Below, piece by piece: positions 28,885-37,916 of a stretch of DNA of 64,000 nucleotides. The notes beneath the pieces are model-generated. The model made no database searches. It worked only from the letters and a program-made list of their open reading frames with translations, and had not been told where the DNA came from. Position 1 is the first letter of the stretch, and each line of letters begins with the position of its first letter. The position numbers were made by a program, and so were the translations under genes. The stretch is from Candidatus Latescibacterota bacterium. Lineage in GTDB: Bacteria; Latescibacterota; UBA2968. The stretch spans positions 3,104,001 to 3,168,000 of the forward strand of contig OZ244960.1 in the NCBI GenBank assembly GCA_965222605.1, given 5' to 3'.

Positions 28885-31299
28885 TCACTCATCTCGCAGG
28901 GCATCCGCCGGGTTTGCGCGTGCTGCTTTGAGGGTCTGAGTGGTGACGGTTGTGAGTACGACAAAGAACATGACCACGCTACCGAGTAAGAATGCGTTCA
29001 CCCCCAATTCAGTGCGGTAGGCGAAGGTTTGTAACCATTGATTGGTTGCGTAATAGGCGATTGGAAATGCGATGAAGCTGGCAAGGGCGATGTAGAGGAT
29101 AAATTCCCGCGAGAGCAGGGACAAGATTTGAGATTGTGATGCGCCCAATACTTTGCGAATGCCAATTTCTTTGGTGCGTCGCGCAGCAGCCAATGCTGCC
29201 AGTCCAAATGCGCCGAGTCCCGCGATGAAGATAGCGAATCCCGTGGCGTATTGGATCATTTGATTCCAGCGTTCTTCTTTTTTGTATTGTCCATCTAAGT
29301 CTTCATCGATGAATGAAAAGAAGAATGTCCGTTTGGGTGCGAGTTTTTCCCACTGTTCTTTGATAAAAGCGATGGTGCCCGGTACATTTTCGGAGTGAAT
29401 GCGAACCCACAAGCGTCCGGTGCTTGTACTGAGTGGCAGAACAGAAGGGTCAACTTCGTGATGCAAAGAGCGAAAATGGAAATTTTGAACAACGCCGATG
29501 ATGGTTCTGGCTCGTAAGCCCAGTTTGATTGTTTTGCCGACTGGATCTTCTATGCCGAGTTTTTTAACCAGTGCCTCGTTGACAATGATCGCTTCTTTGG
29601 CATCGGTTGGAAATTCTCTGTCGTATTCTCGACCTGCGACGAGTTTCATACCGAGTGTTTTGAACAAATCGTAATCAATGCTAATGCTTTCAACGTATTG
29701 CCTTGGGCTTCCTTTATAAGTTACATAGTGCCCGCTACGCCCCCTGTCATTGAGACGGTGGTTAAGCCAGGTTGTGCTGATCACTGCAGGGTGAGACATC
29801 ACCGCATCCCGAAAAACGGTTGGTAGGGTTTTGCTTTCTTCTTTTAAGCGATAGGTCGAAAAGGTGACGATATTTTCGGTTTGATATCCCAGAGGTTTGG
29901 TACGCAAAAATGTGAGTTGTTTGCCCATCATCAGAGTGGTGATGATTAAAAATATCGAAAGGACAAACTGAAAAATGACCAATACGCTGCCAAAACGATT
30001 GCCCGTTTTAATTTGCAGTCTGCTCGTTATAATTTGGGTTGGCTGCAATCGGGATAGGATAAAAGCTGGATAACCCCCTGCTGTGATGCCAACAAAGCTG
30101 ACCAGCAGAATGAGAAAGGCGAGTGTTGAGAGATTGAGACCGTCGGTCAGGGACAGGGATTTTCCGATCAGGTTGTTGAATGTTGGCAAGGCGAGTTCTG
30201 CGATGGCAATGCCGGCGATGAGTGCGATGAAGATGAGTAAGAGCGATTCTCCGATAAATTGGTTTGCGATTTGCATGCGCCCTGCGCCGACGACTTTTCG
30301 CAAGCCGACTTCTCGCGCTCGCGTTGCCTGCCTGCCGAGGGTCAGGGTGGTGAAGTTGACACAGGCGATAAATAGCACGAGTAGTGCAATGCCCAATAAG
30401 ATGTATGAATAAACTGGATTACTGCTATTATATACCCCCCTGATTTGGGAGAAATGCATTTGGGTGATAGGGAGGAGTTTGAGCTGTGTCTCTTCTCTGT
30501 TGAGCATTATCTTTCTGTCTTCGCCCCACCAGATTTTGGTCCACCTGGAAAATTGTTGTTCAACACTATTTGGGGATACATTTTGAGGGAGCATCATATA
30601 CGTAGCCACGTAGTTTGAATTCCATGGGTTGACTCGGCCCCCGAATAATCCAGATAGCCATGATCGTCCTTCAAATGGCAGTAGTATGTCAAATTGAAGA
30701 GTGGAGTTTTTGGGAACGTTTTGCACAATACCTGTAATAGTATAGTTTTGAATTTCCTCCCCGCGCTGAATTGGAAGCAGTTCCCCGACCGGGTTGGCCT
30801 TGTTGAAATACTTTTGAGCGATTTTTTCTGTTATAACAGTAGAATACTTGTCTTGGAGCGCTTGAGTAGGGTCGCCGTGAATGACTGAGAAAGAAAAAAT
30901 GTCGAGGAAATTGGGATCAACATAACCCAATTTTGCCCAAAAAGCGCGGTTTTCCGTACCAATTTTTCCTCCACCATTTACGAAACGAATCGTCTGCATA
31001 TTTGGAAATGCTTCTGTTAGTGCAGGTCCGAGGGGTTCTGGTGTAAGACTGCTAATCCTACTGCTAATCCACAAGTTTTGCCGATCTACGTAAACCCGAT
31101 AGATGCGGTCGGCGTTTTCGTGAAAGGTATCGTAGGTCCATTCATGATATACAAAGAGGAAGGTGATAATGCAGAAGGCGAGGCCGATGGCAATGCCGAT
31201 GATGTTGATGGCGGAGTAGATGCGATGCCTGGCGAGGTTGCGGATCGCTGTTTTCAGATAGCTACTGAATAAAGATATTTCAACACTGGCTCTGAACAT
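28885..31299 (-). CDS. MacB/FtsX-type ABC permease, subfamily A
   Basis: Start at ATG 31299 (AGAGG RBS; MFRASVEISLFSSYLKTAIRNL). Confidence 0.93.
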   Translation of the reverse strand: MFRASVEISLFSSYLKTAIRNLARHRIYSAINIIGIAIGLAFCIITFLFVYHEWTYDTFHENADRIYRVYVDRQNLWISSRISSLTPEPLGPALTEAFPNMQTIRFVNGGGKIGTENRAFWAKLGYVDPNFLDIFSFSVIHGDPTQALQDKYSTVITEKIAQKYFNKANPVGELLPIQRGEEIQNYTITGIVQNVPKNSTLQFDILLPFEGRSWLSGLFGGRVNPWNSNYVATYMMLPQNVSPNSVEQQFSRWTKIWWGEDRKIMLNREETQLKLLPITQMHFSQIRGVYNSSNPVYSYILLGIALLVLFIACVNFTTLTLGRQATRAREVGLRKVVGAGRMQIANQFIGESLLLIFIALIAGIAIAELALPTFNNLIGKSLSLTDGLNLSTLAFLILLVSFVGITAGGYPAFILSRLQPTQIITSRLQIKTGNRFGSVLVIFQFVLSIFLIITTLMMGKQLTFLRTKPLGYQTENIVTFSTYRLKEESKTLPTVFRDAVMSHPAVISTTWLNHRLNDRGRSGHYVTYKGSPRQYVESISIDYDLFKTLGMKLVAGREYDREFPTDAKEAIIVNEALVKKLGIEDPVGKTIKLGLRARTIIGVVQNFHFRSLHHEVDPSVLPLSTSTGRLWVRIHSENVPGTIAFIKEQWEKLAPKRTFFFSFIDEDLDGQYKKEERWNQMIQYATGFAIFIAGLGAFGLAALAAARRTKEIGIRKVLGASQSQILSLLSREFILYIALASFIAFPIAYYATNQWLQTFAYRTELGVNAFLLGSVVMFFVVLTTVTTQTLKAARANPADALRDE

Positions 31300-31405
31300 T
31301 TTATACCTCTTAGAAATACAGAATTGCAAAACTACTGGAAATTCATGATATTTAAAATCACGATAATCAAGAAGAAATTCGCATTGCGTGTTGGAGACTT
31401 TTTTT

Positions 31406-31714
31406 ATGAAAACCGAGCGTTGGACAATTCCAGGGATTATCAAAGACGGTGTGGTTGTGCCCCAGAGCAATACCCCTTTGCCCAATGGTATCTATGTAGA
31501 TATTCTCATTCGTCCGGTGGATATGACGCCTGAACTCAAGTCTGAATTAGACCAGTGGGACAAGGCGAGCGATGAAGCATGGGCACTGATAGATCAAGAG
31601 GCAATCTCGCGCAAACAACCAGTTCCAAAATTCGGCAGCGCAAAGGGGCTTGTTAAAATGTCAGATGATTTTGACGAACCTCTTGAAGATTTTGAACGCA
31701 GGTGGGCGATCTGA
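31406..31714 (+). CDS. Orphan, probably chimeric antitoxin-like protein (C-terminus DUF2281-like)
   Basis: GGAG RBS; C-terminal PKFGSAKGLVKMSDDFDEPLEDF is DUF2281-like; N-terminus IPGIIKDGVVVP..LPNG resembles another small antitoxin type. Confidence 0.6.
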   Translation: MKTERWTIPGIIKDGVVVPQSNTPLPNGIYVDILIRPVDMTPELKSELDQWDKASDEAWALIDQEAISRKQPVPKFGSAKGLVKMSDDFDEPLEDFERRWAI

Positions 31715-31718
31715 TAAC

Positions 31719-34094
31719 TCACTCATATCGCAGGGCATCAATGGGATTGGTGCGGGCAACTTTATAGGCTTGATAACTCACTGTGGACAACGCGATAAAC
31801 AATGCCAGAAAACCACTCAGAATAAACGCCCATATATTCAGGTCAATGCGATAAGCGAAGTCCTGTAACCACCTGTTCATCGCGTAGTAGGCGATTGGCC
31901 AGGCAATGAGATTGGCAAGTCCGACGAGCAGGGCGAACTCTTTCGATAACATGAGCACGAGGTTAGAAACCGATGCGCCCAATACTTTGCGGATGCCGAT
32001 TTCTTTTATGCGCTGTTGTGCGGTGAAAGAGGCGAGTCCGAACAGGCCGAGACTGGCGACAAAGATGGCGAGGATCGAGAAGAGGCCAAAGAGTGTGCCT
32101 ATCTGTTCTTCTGTGCGATACAGTTTGTCGTAATCGTCGTCGAGAAAGGAATAATCGAATGGCGTATTCGGTACGACCTCGTGCCATTGGGTTTTTAGAA
32201 ACTTCAGTGTGCCAGCAATATCGTCCGAGCGTATCCGGAGGGAAAGGTAGTCTGTCCACCCCCCTCCCATCATGATCACAAGCGGTTCAATTTCATGGTG
32301 GAGAGACTTATAATGAAAGTCCTTCACAACTCCCACGACATCTCCCTGAACCTCCACTTTCAATCCACCACCTTCTGGATAGACATTTTCAAACTTTTGA
32401 TTGGCGCAGGAAGTCCATCCAAAGTGTCGCATAGCGGCTTCATTGAGGATAAATGCGCCATTCCGATCACTTCCAACATCCTCCGAAAAAGCTCTCCCTT
32501 CTAAAACTTCAATACCGAATGTCTGGATAAACTCTTGATCTACATGCATCACGTTCAGGAGTGATGCATCTTTGTGTGCAACGTCCAGGGAAGGACGGAA
32601 AAGATGGGCGGCAATCTCTCGCCCTGGTACGGTAGAAGACGCCGACACATTTAATACAGCTGCATGCGCTGATACTGTGGGTTTATATCGCTTCGCCAAT
32701 TGTCTATCAATCGGTATGACGATTACCTGTTCTTTATTGAAGCCGAGTTTCTTGTTTTTGATGTAATCCGATTGATGGTAAACGACAACTGTTCCAATAA
32801 TGAGAATGATCGAAATGACAAACTGAAATACGACGAGGGTTTTTCGGGAACTGGATGTCTTCAACCCCCGCTTCAGCGTGCTTTTTAACACCTCTACTGG
32901 CTGAAAAGCTGAGAGAAAAAAGGCAGGGTAAATTCCAGAGAGCATGCCCGCAAACAACGCAACCCCGAGCAGAGCAAACAACACATCCCAACTTCCCGTG
33001 TAATCCAATACCAATTCGCGTTGGATAAAGGCATTGAACGCAGGGAGTGAGACTTCAACGAGAACAACGGCAAACAATAGGGCCAACAAGGCCAGCAATA
33101 TCGATTCGCCTATAAACTGACGGATTAACTGCGCGCGGTTGGCACCAACCACTTTTCGCATGCCCACCTCTTTTGATCGACTCGCTGAGCGAGCCGTTGA
33201 GAGGTTCATAAAATTGATACAGGCGAGCACAAGCACGAAAAAGGCAATGATCAGGAAAAGATAGACATAACGAATATCGCCATTGGGACTTATTTCAAAT
33301 TCCAGGTGGGAATGCAAATAAATATCGGTTAATGGCTGTAGAAAAGGCCTGATCTGGCCCCCTGCTGCCTTGAGTTGTTTCCCTATGTATCTCTCGATAA
33401 AATCAGGTAATTTTGTTTCTAACTCGTCGGCAGCGTGGTTGTCTTGCAAGAGCAGATAGGTATAATAATCGTGGTCAATCCAATCCTTACGCTTGATGGG
33501 CGATGCCAGAAAATTAAACTGTAAATGGGTATTTTGATCAGTATCTTTCAAAACACCGGTAATTTTACACTCTGCCTCGCCCACCGAAAGCATCTGTCCC
33601 ATCGGATCCTGGTCACCGAAATATTTCCGAGCCATCTTTTCTGTCAGGACAATGGAATAGGGTTCCTGGAGTGCCGTTTGAGGGTCTCCTTTGCTCAGTG
33701 GAAAATCGAAGACCCGAAAGACATTTGCATCGGTGAACAAGACGCCTCTTTCATAGAAATGATTCTGCTGGTTTGCTACAAGTGTCCTTTCATCATTTCT
33801 GAAAAACCGAACAGCATCTACGACGGTGGGATAATCTTGAACGAGAGCTGGTCCCATTGGGAATGATGTAATTGCAATTCGACGTGTTTGCCCTGCTATA
33901 TGTGTCTCTTCGGCGAGCCGATAGATTCGGTGCGCGTGTTCATGGTGCTGGTCGTAGCTCAGTTCATCTTGCACATAGAGTAGAATGAGGATACAACAGG
34001 CCATGCCAATTGCAAGACCGAGGATGTTGATCGCAGAGAATGTTTTGTTTCTGGCGATGTTGCGGACTGCAACGGTCAGATAATTTTTGATCAT
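31719..34094 (-). CDS. MacB/FtsX-type ABC permease, subfamily C
   Basis: MIKNYLTVAVRNIARNKTFSAINILG identical to the 16116-18518 start. Confidence 0.95.
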   Translation of the reverse strand: MIKNYLTVAVRNIARNKTFSAINILGLAIGMACCILILLYVQDELSYDQHHEHAHRIYRLAEETHIAGQTRRIAITSFPMGPALVQDYPTVVDAVRFFRNDERTLVANQQNHFYERGVLFTDANVFRVFDFPLSKGDPQTALQEPYSIVLTEKMARKYFGDQDPMGQMLSVGEAECKITGVLKDTDQNTHLQFNFLASPIKRKDWIDHDYYTYLLLQDNHAADELETKLPDFIERYIGKQLKAAGGQIRPFLQPLTDIYLHSHLEFEISPNGDIRYVYLFLIIAFFVLVLACINFMNLSTARSASRSKEVGMRKVVGANRAQLIRQFIGESILLALLALLFAVVLVEVSLPAFNAFIQRELVLDYTGSWDVLFALLGVALFAGMLSGIYPAFFLSAFQPVEVLKSTLKRGLKTSSSRKTLVVFQFVISIILIIGTVVVYHQSDYIKNKKLGFNKEQVIVIPIDRQLAKRYKPTVSAHAAVLNVSASSTVPGREIAAHLFRPSLDVAHKDASLLNVMHVDQEFIQTFGIEVLEGRAFSEDVGSDRNGAFILNEAAMRHFGWTSCANQKFENVYPEGGGLKVEVQGDVVGVVKDFHYKSLHHEIEPLVIMMGGGWTDYLSLRIRSDDIAGTLKFLKTQWHEVVPNTPFDYSFLDDDYDKLYRTEEQIGTLFGLFSILAIFVASLGLFGLASFTAQQRIKEIGIRKVLGASVSNLVLMLSKEFALLVGLANLIAWPIAYYAMNRWLQDFAYRIDLNIWAFILSGFLALFIALSTVSYQAYKVARTNPIDALRYE

Positions 34095-34108
34095 GATCTT
34101 ATCCCTTT

Positions 34109-36520
34109 TCACTCATCTCGCAACTCTTTCACAGGGTTTGTTCGCACAATGCGTATGGTGTGATATGAAATTGCCGCAAGTGCAAGGGCGATACAACCAA
34201 TCGCTGGTCCCGCGAAGTGCATTGGTTCTAGTGGCATTTGAAAAGGGAAGCGTTGCAAATACTCACGCATTGCAAAAAAGGACAGGGAGCATCCAATGAT
34301 ACACCCAATGGTCGCAAGACGAACCATGGGTAAGGATAGCAAGACAAAGAGAGAGCGTGCGGAAGCTCCCAGAACTTTGCGAACGCCAACTTCTTTTGTG
34401 CGGCGGGATAGCATGTGCATGGCAAGTCCAATCAATCCGACACAGGCGACAACAATCGCCATGGTCGAGGCCGTGTAGCCGATGGATTGATTCATTTTTC
34501 GGTAATCCCGAATAGAATTTACAAGGTCATCCTGCAAAAGACCGAACTGGGGTATAACATCTGGCGCGATTTCGAGCCAGAGTTGCTTTAATAGTGCTTC
34601 GGTTTCCGTTGCCATATCCGGTTGGAGGCGCACCAGAATAGCCCGAATCGCGGTTTCGGGGTCTTTGTGAATGACCAGCGGACCCATGGGGGGCAAAAGA
34701 TTTTGAAAATAAAAATCAGGGATGACACCTACAACCTGGGGGTGCTCAACCTGCCCCACTTGAAATGGAAATGTTTGACCAGGCGGATGCGCCCATTCAA
34801 ATTGCTTTGCGAAGTGTTCGTTGACCAAAACCTCGTTGATCGGTCCGTTTGGATCCAGATTTTTTCCTGAGACCAGATCTATGCCGAGTGTTTTTAGAAA
34901 ATCGCCGCGTACTTTGTAATGCCAGATTATCGTTTCTGAATTGGTCAGCTTTTTTCTGCCTGCTGACCACAATACCGGGATATTATTTACGGCGGCCAAT
35001 CCGACAACACCCGGAAGTTGTTCTGCTTTTTGGCGAAATCGCTCGTAATAAACTTCTGCCTCAGGCCCCGGTACTTTGGGCTGTATGACCATTAAATGGC
35101 GCATATCGAATCCTCTATCCATAGAAGCGACGTAATCAGTTATCTGTACCATAATCGTGGAGGATGCCACCAAAAATACAGCCACAGCAAATTGAACGAC
35201 CAATAGAAATTGGCTCAGGCGTGCTCTTTGTCCGGGAAATGTCTCACTTTTGAGCGCGTTCACAGGCTGAAGCCGCGACAACAGCCAAGACGGGTAGAAG
35301 CCTGCCAGAATTGCCAATAGTACGGGCAACATGAGAATGAACAGGAACCCGGTCATATTTCCCTGAAACTGGGGATTATAGTGAGGAAAGGGAAAGAGGG
35401 ACGCAAAATGGGGGAGCAATAGTTCGTTTGCACTCAATGCCAGTCCCATTGCGATAAAACAAAGGATCAACGACTCGAGAATGGTCTGCCCGATAATATG
35501 GCGGCGTGTTGCACCGAGGGTCTTGCGAATGCCGACTTCAGTGCCACGCGCCATGAGTCGGCCAATGGTCACGATGCCAAAGTTGACGGCTCCCACAATG
35601 AGCACGAGACCCCCCACCAGAGAAAGCAAGACCAGAAAATGTTGGGGCATTTTCCTTACTTGAAGTCCCAACATCTCGAATTTGGGCAATGCAGACAGGG
35701 GTTGAAGATGGACTTGAATGGGAGACGCTTCCTTTGACCATTGTCCCTCGGCGCGATAGTGGTCAATCTGTTTGGCAAAATAAGCGTCTGAAAAGTAGGG
35801 CAATCGGTTCTTTATGTGATCGGGTGTGGCGTTTTCTTTGAGGTGCAAAAAGAGCATGGCCTCAGATTCACCCATCGGATCAGACGCTGCACGTTGAATC
35901 AGGTTTTGATATGGAATTAGCAAATCGAATTGCAAACTCGAATGATGCGAAAGCGTTTCGACTATACCGCTTATGGTAAAATGTTCGCGCACATTGTTTC
36001 TCACCAGCGTCAATGAGGTTCCAACCATGTCGGCGATTGCTCTGTCACGCGATAGTTTTTCAGCGAGTGTTCGAGAGATGAGTATGTTTTGTGGATGTGA
36101 CAGGGTCTCGGGATTTCCGTAAAGCACGGGGAATGAAAAGAGCGACAAAAACGAGGGATCGACATACGCAGCCTGATCTCTTCGGAAATGTTCGTCTCCG
36201 TAGAGATATGTAAGATGGCTTAACCGGTATCGACAAACTGTTGCCAATTCGCTCAATTCATCCGCGAGCAATGGTCCAGCATTGGAGCGAAAAGATGCGT
36301 GTTGCCGCTCCCACTCGTTCTGAGCTATTTCATTGGTGCGGAAGACCCAGAAGATTTGGTCTGCGTTGTCGTGGAACTCATCTCGCGTGCGATAGCGGTC
36401 TTCGATAATGACAAATACCATCAACGCACATGTAATGCCCACTGCCAGGCTCAACACACTCATTATACTGGCAATCCGGTCGCGTTTGAGTCGTCGCCAT
36501 GCGATTTTGAGACTTTTCAT
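34109..36520 (-). CDS. Divergent MacB/FtsX-type ABC permease
   Basis: 803 aa; EVGIRKTLGA, KEVGVRKVLGAS, NPVKELRDE; GGAGG RBS. Confidence 0.92.
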   Translation of the reverse strand: MKSLKIAWRRLKRDRIASIMSVLSLAVGITCALMVFVIIEDRYRTRDEFHDNADQIFWVFRTNEIAQNEWERQHASFRSNAGPLLADELSELATVCRYRLSHLTYLYGDEHFRRDQAAYVDPSFLSLFSFPVLYGNPETLSHPQNILISRTLAEKLSRDRAIADMVGTSLTLVRNNVREHFTISGIVETLSHHSSLQFDLLIPYQNLIQRAASDPMGESEAMLFLHLKENATPDHIKNRLPYFSDAYFAKQIDHYRAEGQWSKEASPIQVHLQPLSALPKFEMLGLQVRKMPQHFLVLLSLVGGLVLIVGAVNFGIVTIGRLMARGTEVGIRKTLGATRRHIIGQTILESLILCFIAMGLALSANELLLPHFASLFPFPHYNPQFQGNMTGFLFILMLPVLLAILAGFYPSWLLSRLQPVNALKSETFPGQRARLSQFLLVVQFAVAVFLVASSTIMVQITDYVASMDRGFDMRHLMVIQPKVPGPEAEVYYERFRQKAEQLPGVVGLAAVNNIPVLWSAGRKKLTNSETIIWHYKVRGDFLKTLGIDLVSGKNLDPNGPINEVLVNEHFAKQFEWAHPPGQTFPFQVGQVEHPQVVGVIPDFYFQNLLPPMGPLVIHKDPETAIRAILVRLQPDMATETEALLKQLWLEIAPDVIPQFGLLQDDLVNSIRDYRKMNQSIGYTASTMAIVVACVGLIGLAMHMLSRRTKEVGVRKVLGASARSLFVLLSLPMVRLATIGCIIGCSLSFFAMREYLQRFPFQMPLEPMHFAGPAIGCIALALAAISYHTIRIVRTNPVKELRDE

Positions 36521-36642
36521 TTTGTACCTCCATTAGCCAGTCTTGAGTGGTCAGCAGTACTCATGTTGTGCTGCGCGTGCCGCCGGTCCTAATCCCCACA
36601 GGCGAGATGTCCACTTAACACACCAGCCCCCAGTCCCTGTTT

Positions 36643-36924
36643 TTACTCATATCGCAAGGCGTCAATTGGATTGGAACGCGCTGCGCGAATGGCCTGCATG
36701 CTCACGGTTCCAAAGGCGATGATCAGAGCCATTATTGCGCTCGCAACAAATGGCACTACATTCAGGTCTGTCTGATAGGCAAACCCGGAGAGCCAGTTGT
36801 GCATCAGATAGTAGGCGATTGGCCAGGCGATGCCGTTGGCGAGAAGAACGAGCAATAGAAATTCGCGCGAGAGTAGCATGACCAGATGCGATGTAGATGC
36901 GCCCAGTACCTTCCGTACGCCAAT
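36643..36924 (-). pseudogene. 3' fragment of subfamily B permease fused to promoter cassette
   Basis: Begins abruptly at IGVRKVLGAS, directly after the sigma54 leader sequence AGGTAGAGTGAAC also seen at 8150. Confidence 0.88.
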
Positions 36925-36952
36925 AGGTAGAGTGAACGTATGGAAATAGTAA

Positions 36953-37070
36953 GCAATTCCTGTGCCAAAAACTTCTTTTCTATGTTTTACAGGTAGTTAT
37001 GAAAATTTGTGTCATGAGCACAGTTCAATAAGTGTCCGATTTTGATACAGTGGTGTCCGAAAATGAACAC
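36953..37070 (-). promoter_or_regulatory. sigma54 promoter + IHF-like site + enhancer dyads (copy 2)
   Basis: TGGCACAGGAATTGC at 36967-36953; dyad block 37027-37070 identical to 8252-8295. Confidence 0.85.
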
Positions 37071-37077
37071 TTAATAC

Positions 37078-37113
37078 AAAAAACAGGCACATTGTTTTGA
37101 TTTCAATGTGCCT
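37078..37113 (-). terminator. Intrinsic terminator (copy 2)
   Basis: AGGCACATTG/CAATGTGCCT stem followed by a T-run on the minus strand. Confidence 0.7.
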
Positions 37114-37220
37114 AATAATAGCTAATTTTTTTGATCCAATAAGTTCGCGTTCAAGTATCCAATTGGTCCCAATCTGGTGGGGTAAGGAACATGACTACAC
37201 TGCTGGTATTTTTAGTATGC

Positions 37221-37379
37221 TCAGGTGAGAGGCAAATTGTCTGGCGTGAAAATCTGAAGGCCAGTTACTCTTGTATAGTGTCGGGTGTTGCGGGTGAGCA
37301 GTGGAAGGTCTTGGGAGAGGCAAATACCTGCAATCATTGTGATGATGTCGGTGTCAACAATCAGGTGGGAAGTTGCCAT
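37221..37379 (-). pseudogene. vapC: vapC with in-frame 246-bp internal deletion
   Basis: MATSHLIVDTDII joined to TMIAGICL; the segment equivalent to 8586-8831 is missing. Confidence 0.85.
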
Positions 37380-37624
37380 TTTGACCACAGTTGATTTCTT
37401 TGAGTCTCCCAATCGTCCAGATCCGAGGGTTTGAAAGCTTCTCGAAGTTTTTCGAGAGATTCAGTGAGAAGGCTGGATTTTTCGAACGATTGTATTTCAG
37501 GTTCAAAATCGGCTTTGGGTCTGATTTCAATACGATCTCCTGGGTAGAGTCCCAATTCTTGCTCTGCAGTTTGTTTAGAGATGACAAGATCACTACCCAG
37601 GTATTCCAGTTCTACTTTTGGCAT
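37361..37624 (-). CDS. AbrB/MazE-like antitoxin (paralog of 8852-9115)
   Basis: 87 aa, nearly identical to 8852-9115. Confidence 0.75.
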   Translation of the reverse strand: MPKVELEYLGSDLVISKQTAEQELGLYPGDRIEIRPKADFEPEIQSFEKSSLLTESLEKLREAFKPSDLDDWETQRNQLWSKWQLPT

Positions 37625-37637
37625 TGCTTTTTCTCCA

Positions 37638-37808
37638 CTAAGAATTGGAGGAGCGTTTGGAGAGATAGAGCAGTTCTACGCCCACCACTTCGTTTGATGC
37701 ATTGTAATCGAGCACTACGCCCGGCGAAACCTCTTCTGACTCGACAATAGTAGAGTCGTCAAGGCGCAGATAGAGCGCGTCGGCTTCCTTATCGACATGT
37801 AGTTTCAT
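37638..37808 (-). CDS. DUF2283-like small protein (56 aa, below ORF-track cutoff)
   Basis: Hand translation MKLHVDKEADALYLRLDDSTIVESEEVSPGVVLDYNASNEVVGVELLYLSKRSSNS*; GGAG RBS. Confidence 0.75.
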   Translation of the reverse strand: MKLHVDKEADALYLRLDDSTIVESEEVSPGVVLDYNASNEVVGVELLYLSKRSSNS

Positions 37809-37819
37809 AATTCGTTATC

Positions 37820-37912
37820 TCCATAGTGTACTACTTCTCAGATGTCCATTCGAGATCACCGGGTCCGCATTTACAAATATCTGCAATTTAAGCGAAAAAA
37901 CAAGGGTTTATA
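37820..37912 (-). promoter_or_regulatory. Shared TA leader/promoter repeat (copy 3)
   Basis: Matches 14311-14403 and 9161-9218; abuts the stop of permease 37917. Confidence 0.65.
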
Positions 37913-37916
37913 TGGC

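Noticed and set aside
31300-31485. Long N-terminal extensions in the ORF track (also 8107-8193, 21090-21158, 28818-28964, 60714-60893)
   Set aside because: Downstream ATGs have RBSs and match paralog starts; the extensions overlap promoters or neighbouring genes.
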